Position numbers and translations under genes: made by a program
Notes under the pieces: model-generated
What the model was told of the DNA's origin: nothing
Database searches by the model: none
What the model saw: only the letters and a program-made list of their open reading frames with translations
Source of the DNA: Synechococcus sp. UW140
Lineage (GTDB): Bacteria > Pseudomonadota > Gammaproteobacteria > Burkholderiales > Burkholderiaceae_C
Reading direction: 5' to 3'
Assembly (NCBI GenBank): GCA_943371335.1
Contig: CALRUK020000021.1
Location: 4,909 to 68,908 of the forward strand
Length of the DNA: 64,000 bases
Shown here: positions 55,214-63,867 of the stretch, piece after piece
Position numbering within the stretch: the stretch's first letter is position 1
How the letters are laid out: each line of letters starts with the position of its first letter

Positions 55214-55894
55214 TTGCTGGCCATCATCATTCCGGCGAACAACGAAGAGGCGGTCATTGGCCTGTGCGTGCAGTCGGCGCAGGCTGCGGCGTGTTGCCCG
55301 GCGCTGAACGGCGAGCCCGTGCTCACCATCGTGGTGCTCGATGCCTGCACCGATGGCACCGCCGCCATTGCCCGCCAGTGCGGCGCGCTGACCCTGGCGG
55401 TGGACGCGCACAACGTGGGCATGGCGCGCGCCGCCGGCGCCCGCATGGCACTGGCCATGGGCGCGCGTTGGCTCGCCTTCACCGACGCCGACACCACCGT
55501 GGCCCCCGAATGGCTGCACGAGCAGGTGTCGCTCGACAGCGACGCGGTGTGCGGCACGGTGAGCGTGACCGATTGGGGCGTGCACGGCGAACCCATGCGC
55601 CGGCACTTCAATGCCACTTACACCGACGCAGACGGCCACCAGCACATTCACGGCGCGAACCTGGGCGTCAGTGCGCAGGCGTATCACAGGGCCGGAGGGT
55701 TCGCGCCGCTGGCGTCCAGCGAGGACGTGGCTTTCGTTCGTGCCCTGCAGGCTGTGGGTGCGCGCATCGCGTGGTCGGCGGCGCCGCGCGTGGTCACCAG
55801 CGCCCGCCATGTGTTCCGGGCGCCCGGCGGGTTTGGTGCCACCTTGCTCGGGTTGAACCCGGGCTTGTCCACCGGCCAGGAGTTCGGCGCATGA
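55214..55894 (+). CDS. Glycosyltransferase family 2 (226 aa)
   Basis: TTG start after AAGGAG; IIIPANNEE, VVLDACTD, FTDAD (DxD), HGANLG, SEDV, TSAR. Confidence 0.85.
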   Translation: MLAIIIPANNEEAVIGLCVQSAQAAACCPALNGEPVLTIVVLDACTDGTAAIARQCGALTLAVDAHNVGMARAAGARMALAMGARWLAFTDADTTVAPEWLHEQVSLDSDAVCGTVSVTDWGVHGEPMRRHFNATYTDADGHQHIHGANLGVSAQAYHRAGGFAPLASSEDVAFVRALQAVGARIAWSAAPRVVTSARHVFRAPGGFGATLLGLNPGLSTGQEFGA

Positions 55895-56919
55895 CGGCGT
55901 TTGAACCCGCCAAGCTCGCCCGGGTGCTGGCCGAGCTGGACGCCAGAGAAGGGCCTGCCCAGGCCTTGGCACAACTGGTGCGCCAGGGCCTGGACCAGCT
56001 GCCACTGCCGGCCCACGGCGCCACCTGGCAACGGTGGCAGGCCCTGAGCGTGGTGGCCGAACACGACCTGTCGCTGGTCAAGCTGTACGAGGGCCACGTC
56101 GACGCACTCGCCGTGCAGGCGGAGGTGGCGCCCTGGGCCGACCGCGTGGGCGGCGCCACCTGGGGCATGTGGGCTGCAGAGGCGCCGGGCGAGCGCACCC
56201 GGCTCGAATCCATGGACGCCGACGAAGTGCGCCTGCACGGCCGCAAGGCCTGGTGCTCGGGCGCCGCCCACGTGAGCCATGGTCTGCTCACCGCGTGGTC
56301 ATCGGACGGGCGCGGCCCGCAGCTGGTGCGTGTGGCCATGCAACAGCCGGGGGTGACGGTGTCCAGCGCCGGGTGGCATGCCGTGGGCATGGCCGGCAGC
56401 GAGAGCCTGGACGTGCACTTCGACAACGCCGTGGCCCACCTGGTGGGTGACGAAGGGGCCTACCTGCAGCGCCCGGGTTTCTGGCAGGGCGGGGCCGGCA
56501 TCGCCGCCTGCTGGTATGGCGGTGCCCTGCAACTGGCCCATGCCCTGAGGCGCCACGTGGCAGACACTGCGCCGGCCCAGCGCCAGCCTTTCCGGTGTGC
56601 GGCGCTGGGCCAGGTGGACATGAGCTTGCAGTCCACCGCCGCCTTGCTGCGCGAGGCCGCGCAATGGATCGACGACCACCCCACGCAGGACGCCAGCGCG
56701 GTGGCCCTGCGCGTGCGGCTGGCTGCCGAGTGCAGCGCCACGCTGGTGCTGGACGAAGCCGGGCGCGCGCTGGGCGCCACACCGTTTTGCCGCGACAAGC
56801 GTTTTGCCCGGATGGCGGCAGACCTGCCGGTGTTCTTGCGGCAGAGCCACGCCCAGCGCGATTTCGCTGCGCTGGGCGAGCGCGTGGCGGCTGCCGGTGA
56901 GACGCCATGGGCGCTGTAG
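55891..56919 (+). CDS. Acyl-CoA dehydrogenase-fold flavoprotein (342 aa)
   Basis: LSLVKLYEGH, MWAAE, LHGRKAWCSGA, WHAVGMAGSES, ALGATPFC, DLPVFLRQSH; ATGA overlap with the GT2 gene. Confidence 0.8.
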   Translation: MTAFEPAKLARVLAELDAREGPAQALAQLVRQGLDQLPLPAHGATWQRWQALSVVAEHDLSLVKLYEGHVDALAVQAEVAPWADRVGGATWGMWAAEAPGERTRLESMDADEVRLHGRKAWCSGAAHVSHGLLTAWSSDGRGPQLVRVAMQQPGVTVSSAGWHAVGMAGSESLDVHFDNAVAHLVGDEGAYLQRPGFWQGGAGIAACWYGGALQLAHALRRHVADTAPAQRQPFRCAALGQVDMSLQSTAALLREAAQWIDDHPTQDASAVALRVRLAAECSATLVLDEAGRALGATPFCRDKRFARMAADLPVFLRQSHAQRDFAALGERVAAAGETPWAL

Positions 56920-57668
56920 CGGCGCGCCCGCGCATTCAAGGCGAGGGCACCAGTGGGCGGGTGTGGCAAGCCTGGCTGCCGGCACTGGCATGCGCCGACA
57001 TGGCACACGTGGCCGGCCTGCTGCCTGCGCAGCGGCTCGTGGTGGTGGCACCCCATCCGGACGACGAAGTGTTGGCCTGCGGCGCCCTCATTGCGATGCA
57101 CGCCCGGCAAGGCGGCGAGGTGCTGGTGGTGGCGGTAACGGACGGAGAGGCCAGCCACGCAGAGGTGTCCGCACTGCGCCCGGGTGAGCTTGCGGTGCGC
57201 CGGCGCGCCGAGCGCCTGCAGGGGCTCGCGCACCTGGGCGTTGGCACGCCGCAGGTGCACGCGCTGGCCCTGCCCGATGGCCGTGTGCAGGCGCACGCAG
57301 GCGCGCTGCTGCGCGGCCTGCTGGACGCACTGTGCCCGGGCGATGTCGTGGTGAGCACCTGCGCCTTCGATGGTCACCCCGATCACGACGCCACCGGCGA
57401 CGCCACGCGCCAGGCGTGTCTGCAACGCGGCTGCCGCTGGCTGGCCGCACCGGTCTGGATGTGGCACTGGGCCGCCACCGGCGATGCGCGGGTGCCCTGG
57501 CACCGCTTGCAGCGCCTGACGCTGAGCGACGACGCACGCCTGCGCAAACAGGCGGCACTGGCGGCCCACGTCAGCCAGCTCACGCCACGAAGCCCCGTGG
57601 TGGGCCCGGTGCTGGGCGCCCATGCACTGGAGCGCGCCGCGTGGCGCCATGAGTACTACTTCGTCTGA
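56907..57668 (+). CDS. PIG-L/LmbE-family deacetylase
   Basis: VVAPHPDDEVLACG, TDGEAS, RRAE, LPDG, DGHPDH Zn-binding motifs. Confidence 0.9.
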   Translation: MGAVAARPRIQGEGTSGRVWQAWLPALACADMAHVAGLLPAQRLVVVAPHPDDEVLACGALIAMHARQGGEVLVVAVTDGEASHAEVSALRPGELAVRRRAERLQGLAHLGVGTPQVHALALPDGRVQAHAGALLRGLLDALCPGDVVVSTCAFDGHPDHDATGDATRQACLQRGCRWLAAPVWMWHWAATGDARVPWHRLQRLTLSDDARLRKQAALAAHVSQLTPRSPVVGPVLGAHALERAAWRHEYYFV

Positions 57669-57672
57669 CCGC

Positions 57673-58278
57673 ATGAACGACATCACCCCGCCCGGCTTTG
57701 ACGCGCTCTTTCGCCACAACGAAGACCCCTGGGGGTTTCGCACCCGCTGGTACGAGGCGCGCAAACGCGCCATGACGCTCGCCTGCCTGCCCCAGGCGCG
57801 CTACGCCAGCGGCTTTGAGCCCGGCTGCGCCAACGGCGAGCTCACCGCGCAGCTGGCCGGGCGGTGTGAACGGCTGCTCGCGTCTGATGTGTCACCGCGC
57901 GCGGTCGAACTGGCGCGCACGCGGCTGGCGTCGTTGCCGCATGTCGAGGTGGTGCAGGCCCTGCTGCCCGACCAATGGCCACGCGGCCGGTTTGACCTGG
58001 TCGTCATCAGCGAGCTGGGCTACTTCGTGGATGGGCCCTCGCTCGATGCCATGGCCGCGCACACCCTGGCGTGCCTGCTGCCTGCGGCCACCGTGCTGGC
58101 CTGCCACTGGCGCCGGCCCATTCAGGGTTGCGCGATGGATGGCGATGCGGTGCACGCGCGCTTGGCGCAGGGCCTGCAGTTGCCCCAGCTGTGCGAGGTG
58201 CGCGAGGCGGACTTCGTGCTGAACGTGTGGAGCAGCGACCCGAAGTCCGTCGCGCAGCGCGAGGGCTTTGACTGGTAG
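57673..58278 (+). CDS. NodS-like SAM-dependent methyltransferase (201 aa)
   Basis: FDALF...DPWGFRTRWYEARK, FEPGCANG, SDVS, FDLVVISELGYF, CHWR. Confidence 0.82.
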   Translation: MNDITPPGFDALFRHNEDPWGFRTRWYEARKRAMTLACLPQARYASGFEPGCANGELTAQLAGRCERLLASDVSPRAVELARTRLASLPHVEVVQALLPDQWPRGRFDLVVISELGYFVDGPSLDAMAAHTLACLLPAATVLACHWRRPIQGCAMDGDAVHARLAQGLQLPQLCEVREADFVLNVWSSDPKSVAQREGFDW

Positions 58279-58288
58279 CCGCGCAGGC

Positions 58289-58840
58289 TCAGGGCTTGCC
58301 GCCCGGGGGCACCTGGGTGAGCAGGTCGGCGAGTTCGTCGGCGTGCTCTTCTTCCACCGCAAGGATCGATTCCAACAGCCGGCGCGTGGTCGGGTCGTCT
58401 GCGCCGACCGCTTCAATGGCGTGGCGGTAGCTGTCGATGGCGATGCGCTCGGCCACCAGGTTCTCGCGGATCATGTCGCCCAGCGTCACGCCTTCGACGT
58501 ACTCCGCGTGGCTGCGTTGGGAGAGCGAATCGGGCGAAAAGTCGGGCTCACCGCCCAGCTGCACGATGCGCTCGGCGAGCTGGTCGGCGTGGCCCTGCTC
58601 TTCGTTCGAGTGCACCAGAAACTCGGCGGCCGTGGCGTGCGAGTGGATACCGCTGGCCATGAAGTGGTGGCGGCGGTAGCGCAGCACGCACACCAGTTCG
58701 GTGGCAAGTGCGCCGTTGAGCAGGTCAATGACCTGCTGGCGGTCGGCGCTGTAGCCGGCCGTGACGGCGCCTTCCTCCATGTGCTGGCGCGCGGTCTTGC
58801 GCAGTTCGTTGATGTCGAGGGGTGTGTGTTCTGCGGTCAT
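58289..58840 (-). CDS. Ferritin-like (bacterioferritin/DpsL-type) diiron protein
   Basis: LATELVCVLRY, EEQGHAD..AERIVQLGG, LVAERIAIDSY, EEEHAD. Confidence 0.88.
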   Translation of the reverse strand: MTAEHTPLDINELRKTARQHMEEGAVTAGYSADRQQVIDLLNGALATELVCVLRYRRHHFMASGIHSHATAAEFLVHSNEEQGHADQLAERIVQLGGEPDFSPDSLSQRSHAEYVEGVTLGDMIRENLVAERIAIDSYRHAIEAVGADDPTTRRLLESILAVEEEHADELADLLTQVPPGGKP

Positions 58841-58953
58841 GGGGTTCTCCGTTGGGGCGCGGTTGCGCGCTCAAGCATGGCCGGAGAAGCCGGTGGCGTC
58901 GGTGCCTTGACGCACAGACACCATCGAGCGGCCTCATGCGTGCCGCAGGGGTG

Positions 58954-60339
58954 TCAGCGGGCCGGTGTTCCGGTGACGGGCTGGTAGTCGTCTTCGGCGC
59001 CTGGTGGAATGGGGGGGTGTTCCTTGAGCGACTGCTGGAAGGCGTGAATCATCTTGCGTATGGGGCCACGCACCCATCCCTGCACGGCATTCACATCGCT
59101 CTCTTCCTTGGGGTCCTGCACGAGGTTGAAGAGGTAGGGCGTTTCAAGATGGTTGGCGCCTGCGTTGGGTTCGACCTCCCACACGAAATGCATTTTCCAG
59201 TCGCGCCATTTGGCGGCACGCAGCTCGCTCTTGATGTAGTACACAAAGCCTTCGCGTGCGGACTTCTGCTGTTCGCCGCGCCAGAAGCTTCCTTGATCCA
59301 CGCCGTCAATGGGCCGGTCCGCCGGCAGCTCTGCGCCCGCGATGGCGGCCAGCGTCGGGAACAGATCCACCACATGCACGATCTCGTTTGTGGTTCGCCC
59401 TGCGGGGATCCGGTTGGGCCAACGCACGATGAGTGGCACGCGCAAGCCGCCTTCCATGGAGGTGTGATACGTGCCTGTCCAGGTGCCAGCGCTGCCGCGC
59501 CACGGACGCCGGTACTCCGGCCCGTTGTCGCTGGCAAAGATGAACACGGTGTCATCCTCCAGGCCGCATTCGCTCACCGCGTCCATGATCTGGCCCACGC
59601 GCGCGTCCATCTCCATCAGCGAGTCGGCGAAGTCGCCGTGTTTTGAGCGCCCTTCGTAGTCCCGGTGGGGAATCGTGGGGTAGTGAAGTTGTGTGAGTGG
59701 CACGTACAGGAAGAACGGCTGTGCCTTCGTGGCTTGTTGCTTCACGTACGCGCAGCTGCGGCGGGTGAGTTCGGCGTCGATGTTGCGCCGCATCTCCAGG
59801 TCGTAAGGCTCCCTGAGTTCGACGGGTTGACCGCGCCGGCCTTCCATGACATGTGGCACGTCCACCACCCCTGGGTCAAAGCCGACTTGTTCGGTGAACA
59901 TGCTCTCGTTCGTGGTGCGCGGGATGCCGTACCACTCATCGAATCCCCGGTCTTTCGGATACCGCCCCTCCTTGTCCCCGAGGTGCCACTTGCCGTACAT
60001 CGCGGTGGCATAGCCGCGCGAAGACAGCAGCTCTGCGATCGTGACCTCCCACGGGTGGATGCCTTGCGGCAGACCTGCGGGCACGGACTGCAGCGCACCC
60101 GTGCGGATGGGGTGACGCCCTGTCATGAGTGCAGACCGCGTCGGTACGCAATCGCTCTCCACATTGAAGTTCAGGAACTGCGTTCCTTGCTTGGCGAGGG
60201 CATCGATGCGGGGTGTGGGCGCGCCGCGCAGGGCGCCGCCGCCATAGCAGCCCAGCTCTCCCCAACCCAGGTTGTCGGCGAGCACCAGAACGATGTTGGG
60301 CGGGCGGTGCGGAGCGGTGCTTTCAAGGGTCTCTGGCAT
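58954..60339 (-). CDS. Cys-type sulfatase (arylsulfatase family, 461 aa)
   Basis: PNIVLVLADNLGWG, CVPTRSALMTGR (CxPxR), GKWHLG, SDNG, EGGLRVP; start approximate. Confidence 0.93.
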   Translation of the reverse strand: MPETLESTAPHRPPNIVLVLADNLGWGELGCYGGGALRGAPTPRIDALAKQGTQFLNFNVESDCVPTRSALMTGRHPIRTGALQSVPAGLPQGIHPWEVTIAELLSSRGYATAMYGKWHLGDKEGRYPKDRGFDEWYGIPRTTNESMFTEQVGFDPGVVDVPHVMEGRRGQPVELREPYDLEMRRNIDAELTRRSCAYVKQQATKAQPFFLYVPLTQLHYPTIPHRDYEGRSKHGDFADSLMEMDARVGQIMDAVSECGLEDDTVFIFASDNGPEYRRPWRGSAGTWTGTYHTSMEGGLRVPLIVRWPNRIPAGRTTNEIVHVVDLFPTLAAIAGAELPADRPIDGVDQGSFWRGEQQKSAREGFVYYIKSELRAAKWRDWKMHFVWEVEPNAGANHLETPYLFNLVQDPKEESDVNAVQGWVRGPIRKMIHAFQQSLKEHPPIPPGAEDDYQPVTGTPAR

Positions 60340-60386
60340 GTGACTTTGCATGGTGTTGTGTAATGAGATCTGTGACGGGGTCGCGC

Positions 60387-61379
60387 TCAATCCGTGAGCT
60401 TGATGCCCAGTGTGGGCACGAGTTGTTCCCAATGGCTCACGGTGTCCTTGAGGAACTTGTCGAAAGCTGGACCGCTCATGTTTTGCGGGGTAATACCGCC
60501 TTCGACCAGCTTTTTCTGGATGTCGGGCATCTGGACGATGCGCGCAATCTCATCGGCCAGTCGCCGTGCGATGGGCTCAGGCAAACCGGTCGGCGCTACG
60601 AGGCCAGCCCACTGTGTCAGCGCGATCTGCGGAAAACCAGCTTCTGTGAACGTGGGCACCTCGGGCAGCGCGGCGTTGCGCTTTGGGGATGTCACCGCAA
60701 GCACGCGCACTTTGCCGTTCTTGTGCTGGGCCAGCATCGGCGCGAGACCCAGTACCGCCATCGGTACCTGATTGCTCACCAGATCGGTGGATGCCTGGCC
60801 GCCGCCCTTGTAGGGAATGTGAATGAGCTGCACGTTTGCTACCTTGGCCCACCACTCGCCCACCACATGCTGAGAGGAGCCAGGGCCCGACGTGCCATAG
60901 GCCAGCTCAGCGGGTTTGGCGCGTGCCGCCTTGACCACGTCCGCCAGGGTTTTGAACGGTGAGGCAACGGGTACCGCGAGGCTGATCGGCTGATCGCCCA
61001 CCATCGCAATCCCCACAAGGTCGCGCTTGAACTTCCAGGTGGCCGTGGGGCGCAGCGCGTCCAGCAATGCGGCCGAGTCGGACGCCAGCGCCAACGTGTA
61101 GCCATCAGGCTTGGCCTGAGCCGCTTGCTGCATCCCGATGGCGCCTGCGGCGCCAGGACGGTTTTCGATCACCACACTCTGCTTGAGCGACTTGGCCAGC
61201 TCGTTGCCCACCAGACGGGCCACGATGTCGTTGGTGCCTCCCGCAGCCTGCGGAACGATGATGCGGATCGCCTGGTCATCGGGCCAGGCCGCATGCACCA
61301 GCGAGGTTGTGATTGCAGGAGCAATCAGCAGCGTGGCAAGGCGTGCAAGCCGGCGATGGAGAGGGTTGATAAACAGCAT
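60387..61379 (-). CDS. Bug/TctC solute-binding protein
   Basis: Signal peptide, IRIIVPQAAGGTNDIVAR, IENRPGAAGAIG, HIPYKGGG, PEVPTFTE. Confidence 0.92.
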   Translation of the reverse strand: MLFINPLHRRLARLATLLIAPAITTSLVHAAWPDDQAIRIIVPQAAGGTNDIVARLVGNELAKSLKQSVVIENRPGAAGAIGMQQAAQAKPDGYTLALASDSAALLDALRPTATWKFKRDLVGIAMVGDQPISLAVPVASPFKTLADVVKAARAKPAELAYGTSGPGSSQHVVGEWWAKVANVQLIHIPYKGGGQASTDLVSNQVPMAVLGLAPMLAQHKNGKVRVLAVTSPKRNAALPEVPTFTEAGFPQIALTQWAGLVAPTGLPEPIARRLADEIARIVQMPDIQKKLVEGGITPQNMSGPAFDKFLKDTVSHWEQLVPTLGIKLTD

Positions 61380-61459
61380 GGTGGAGGCCTCGATGTTGAA
61401 AACTGAAGTTCAGTGTACGAACCGGGGTGACAACCGCATAATCGTTTTTTCTGTGTTTT

Positions 61460-61478
61460 TGATATGTATTGCTTATCA
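61460..61478. promoter_or_regulatory. LysR-type box
   Basis: TGATA-N9-TATCA palindrome containing T-N11-A, at the LysR start and divergent from the Bug-sulfatase genes. Confidence 0.5.
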
Positions 61479-62500
61479 TGAAAACGCCCTCGCCCATGTC
61501 CTTGTCTCATCTGAAGTTCCGCCACTTGATGCTGGTGGAATTTCTGGTCAGACACGGCACCTTGCACAAGGCCGCACGTTTGTTGAACATCAGTCAGCCC
61601 GCTGCCACCGGCATGCTCAACGACCTTGAGCAGCTGCTCGGCATCAGCCTTTTCACCCGCAGCCGGTTGGGTGTCGCGCCCACACCCTCCGCGCAAGCGC
61701 TGCTGGCCAAAGTCCGCACGCTGCTCAACGAATTCAACGACTTCACCACGGCAGTGGGTCGTGCTGCGGAAGGTCGTGATGTGGTGTTGCGTGTGGGCGT
61801 GGTGCCTCAGGCCTTTGTGGCATACATGCCCCAGACCATCGAGATTTTTCGAGCGCGCGGAGGCGGTGCGCTGCGTGCGCAGGAAGGCACGGCACGTCAG
61901 TTGCTCGATTTGCTGTTGGATGGTCAGTTGGACTGCGTGATCGGGCGGCTGCCCAGCGATGGATTGCCTGAGGGCCGTCGGGCATCCGACCTGTCCATGG
62001 AGCCTGTCTACCGCGACGAGGTGTGCCTGGTCGCTCGGCCTGGTCACTCGATTCTCGATGCACGCAAGGTTGGTTTCGAGCGTCTGGCACAGGAGCAATG
62101 GGTGCTGCAGCGGCGCGATTCGAGCGTGCGGCGCGCGCTCGCAGAGGCTTTTCTCCGCGAAGGCTTGCTGCCGCCAGACCCAGCGGTCGAGACCACGACC
62201 TACATTCAGAACCTGGCCGTGGTGGCGCAGTCCAACCTGCTCAGCATTGCCCCTCGAAGAGCTGCAGAGCAGCAGGCCCGGCTGGGCCAGATTGCCATCA
62301 TTGACTTCAAGCTCCATGTGGACCCCATGCAGGTCAACCTTCTGGTGCGCGCGGGCAGTGGCCCCAACGCCACGCTCGACCTCTTCCGCGCGGCCTTGCA
62401 GGAGAGCGTGGAGGCACAGGCAAATGTCGAGCGTGTGGCGCCGAGGCGCAAGCGCGAACGAGGCCAGCGCAAAGCGTCGGGCGCCGCCCGCAAGACCTGA
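61478..62500 (+). CDS. LysR-family regulator
   Basis: LKFRHL...HGTLHKAARLLNISQPAATGML HTH, LDCVIGRL; start 61478 or 61496. Confidence 0.9.
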   Translation: MKTPSPMSLSHLKFRHLMLVEFLVRHGTLHKAARLLNISQPAATGMLNDLEQLLGISLFTRSRLGVAPTPSAQALLAKVRTLLNEFNDFTTAVGRAAEGRDVVLRVGVVPQAFVAYMPQTIEIFRARGGGALRAQEGTARQLLDLLLDGQLDCVIGRLPSDGLPEGRRASDLSMEPVYRDEVCLVARPGHSILDARKVGFERLAQEQWVLQRRDSSVRRALAEAFLREGLLPPDPAVETTTYIQNLAVVAQSNLLSIAPRRAAEQQARLGQIAIIDFKLHVDPMQVNLLVRAGSGPNATLDLFRAALQESVEAQANVERVAPRRKRERGQRKASGAARKT

Positions 62501-62663
62501 GTTATCCCCGAGGTGGGCTACTGCGCTTTATCGAGGTAGGGGGCGCTCGCTGAAGAGCTTTCTCCGTACCTTCTCAAGGTGTCGCATGCCATACCCCGGG
62601 AGAGTATTCTTGACAGCGCCCCGGCGTCGGCCTTCAATGGGGCTTTCAACCCCGGAGATGTTC

Positions 62664-62912
62664 ATGCGCCTCGTTGTTCTGTGCTCGTTCGCTCTTGCCG
62701 CCCTGGTGCCCATGGCCTCCTTTTCGGCGGACATGTCGTGCAACGCCGCTGCCACGGAAAAGAAGCTGGCCGGCGCGGCCAAGACGTCTTTCTTGAAGAA
62801 ATGTCAGAAGGACGCAGCGGCCACCTGCGACACCGCCGCGGCCGAGAAAAAGCTTGCCGGTGCGGCCAAGACCAGCTTCACGAAGAAGTGCAACCGCGAC
62901 GCCGTGGGCTGA
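62664..62912 (+). CDS. Small secreted PsiF-like repeat protein (82 aa)
   Basis: Signal peptide, then two copies of C-x3-A-x-EKKLAGAAKTSF-x-KKC-x2-DA; GGAG RBS. Confidence 0.75.
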   Translation: MRLVVLCSFALAALVPMASFSADMSCNAAATEKKLAGAAKTSFLKKCQKDAAATCDTAAAEKKLAGAAKTSFTKKCNRDAVG

Positions 62913-62934
62913 TCGCCACGACCGCACCACGGCT

Positions 62935-63540
62935 TCAGATGCCGGTGAGTTCCCGGTAAGCGCGCCGCGTGGCCGGGGACACTGCCGCGAGCACCTGCTC
63001 GTGGCTCGTCTGGTGGCGCCGCAACAGGCGAGCAGACGCCACCGCGCGCGAGCGGCAGAACCAGTGGCAGGTGTGCTGCATCAGGAACAGCTCGGCCGAC
63101 AGGGTGAACGCCTTGTCGCGCGACGGGCGCTGCGCTTCGTTGGCCACCGCGCTGGCAATGCCCGCCGCGTGCAGGCGGAAGGCTTCGCGCACGTCGAAGG
63201 TGGCGCCGGGCAGCAGCCGGCTGGCGCCGGGCAAGGCCAGCGCCAGTTTGCTCACGCGCGAGGCGGCCGCGTCCACCTGGGAAAACGCCTGGGCAAAACG
63301 GCCAAATTGCTCGGCCACCGAACGCTCCGCCCCGGTGAGCAGGCTCCAGATCTGTTCGCGGCGCTCGGCATCGTCTTCGCCCAGCGCACGCAGGTAGCCC
63401 TGGGTGATGGTCTCCATCAGCGCTTCAATCTGGTACTGGCCCAGGTGATGGCCGAGCAGGGCGATGCGGCGTTTCTGTTCCTGTGCGTTGACGAAGGCGA
63501 CGCCGGCGAAGGCCGCCAGCAGCAGAATCAGAATGTCCAT
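62935..63540 (-). CDS. Hypothetical protein with N-terminal membrane anchor (201 aa)
   Basis: MDILILLLAAFAGVAF then a helical domain ending QHTCHWFCRS..VASARL..RH; typical codon usage. Confidence 0.7.
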   Translation of the reverse strand: MDILILLLAAFAGVAFVNAQEQKRRIALLGHHLGQYQIEALMETITQGYLRALGEDDAERREQIWSLLTGAERSVAEQFGRFAQAFSQVDAAASRVSKLALALPGASRLLPGATFDVREAFRLHAAGIASAVANEAQRPSRDKAFTLSAELFLMQHTCHWFCRSRAVASARLLRRHQTSHEQVLAAVSPATRRAYRELTGI

Positions 63541-63639
63541 GGGGGCCACAGCCGTTGCAAAAGGACGCCAGTGTAGTCACCCGGATCGCGGATGCAGTGC
63601 GAGAATGAATTCCCCTTGTCCCCCGAGACGCCGAACGCC

Positions 63640-63864
63640 ATGCTCCGACACCTTCCCCTGATCGCCGTGGCCGCCGTGGCCTGGGCGCTCTGCCTGATGG
63701 GCATTGCCTGGCTCGGCGCGGCTGTGCTGGGGCGCGCGCTGTCCACGGGCGAGACGGTGCTGGTCGGGGTGGTGTTGACGGTGGTGGTCGTGATCGTGGT
63801 GCAGGCGCGCCTGCAGCGCGACCGCCGCAAGATCGAAGACATGCGCGACTCCGCACTCTGGTAG
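63640..63864 (+). CDS. Small two-TM membrane protein (74 aa)
   Basis: MLRHLPLIAVAAV...VVVIVVQARLQRDRRKIEDMRDSALW. Confidence 0.65.
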   Translation: MLRHLPLIAVAAVAWALCLMGIAWLGAAVLGRALSTGETVLVGVVLTVVVVIVVQARLQRDRRKIEDMRDSALW

Positions 63865-63867
63865 CCC

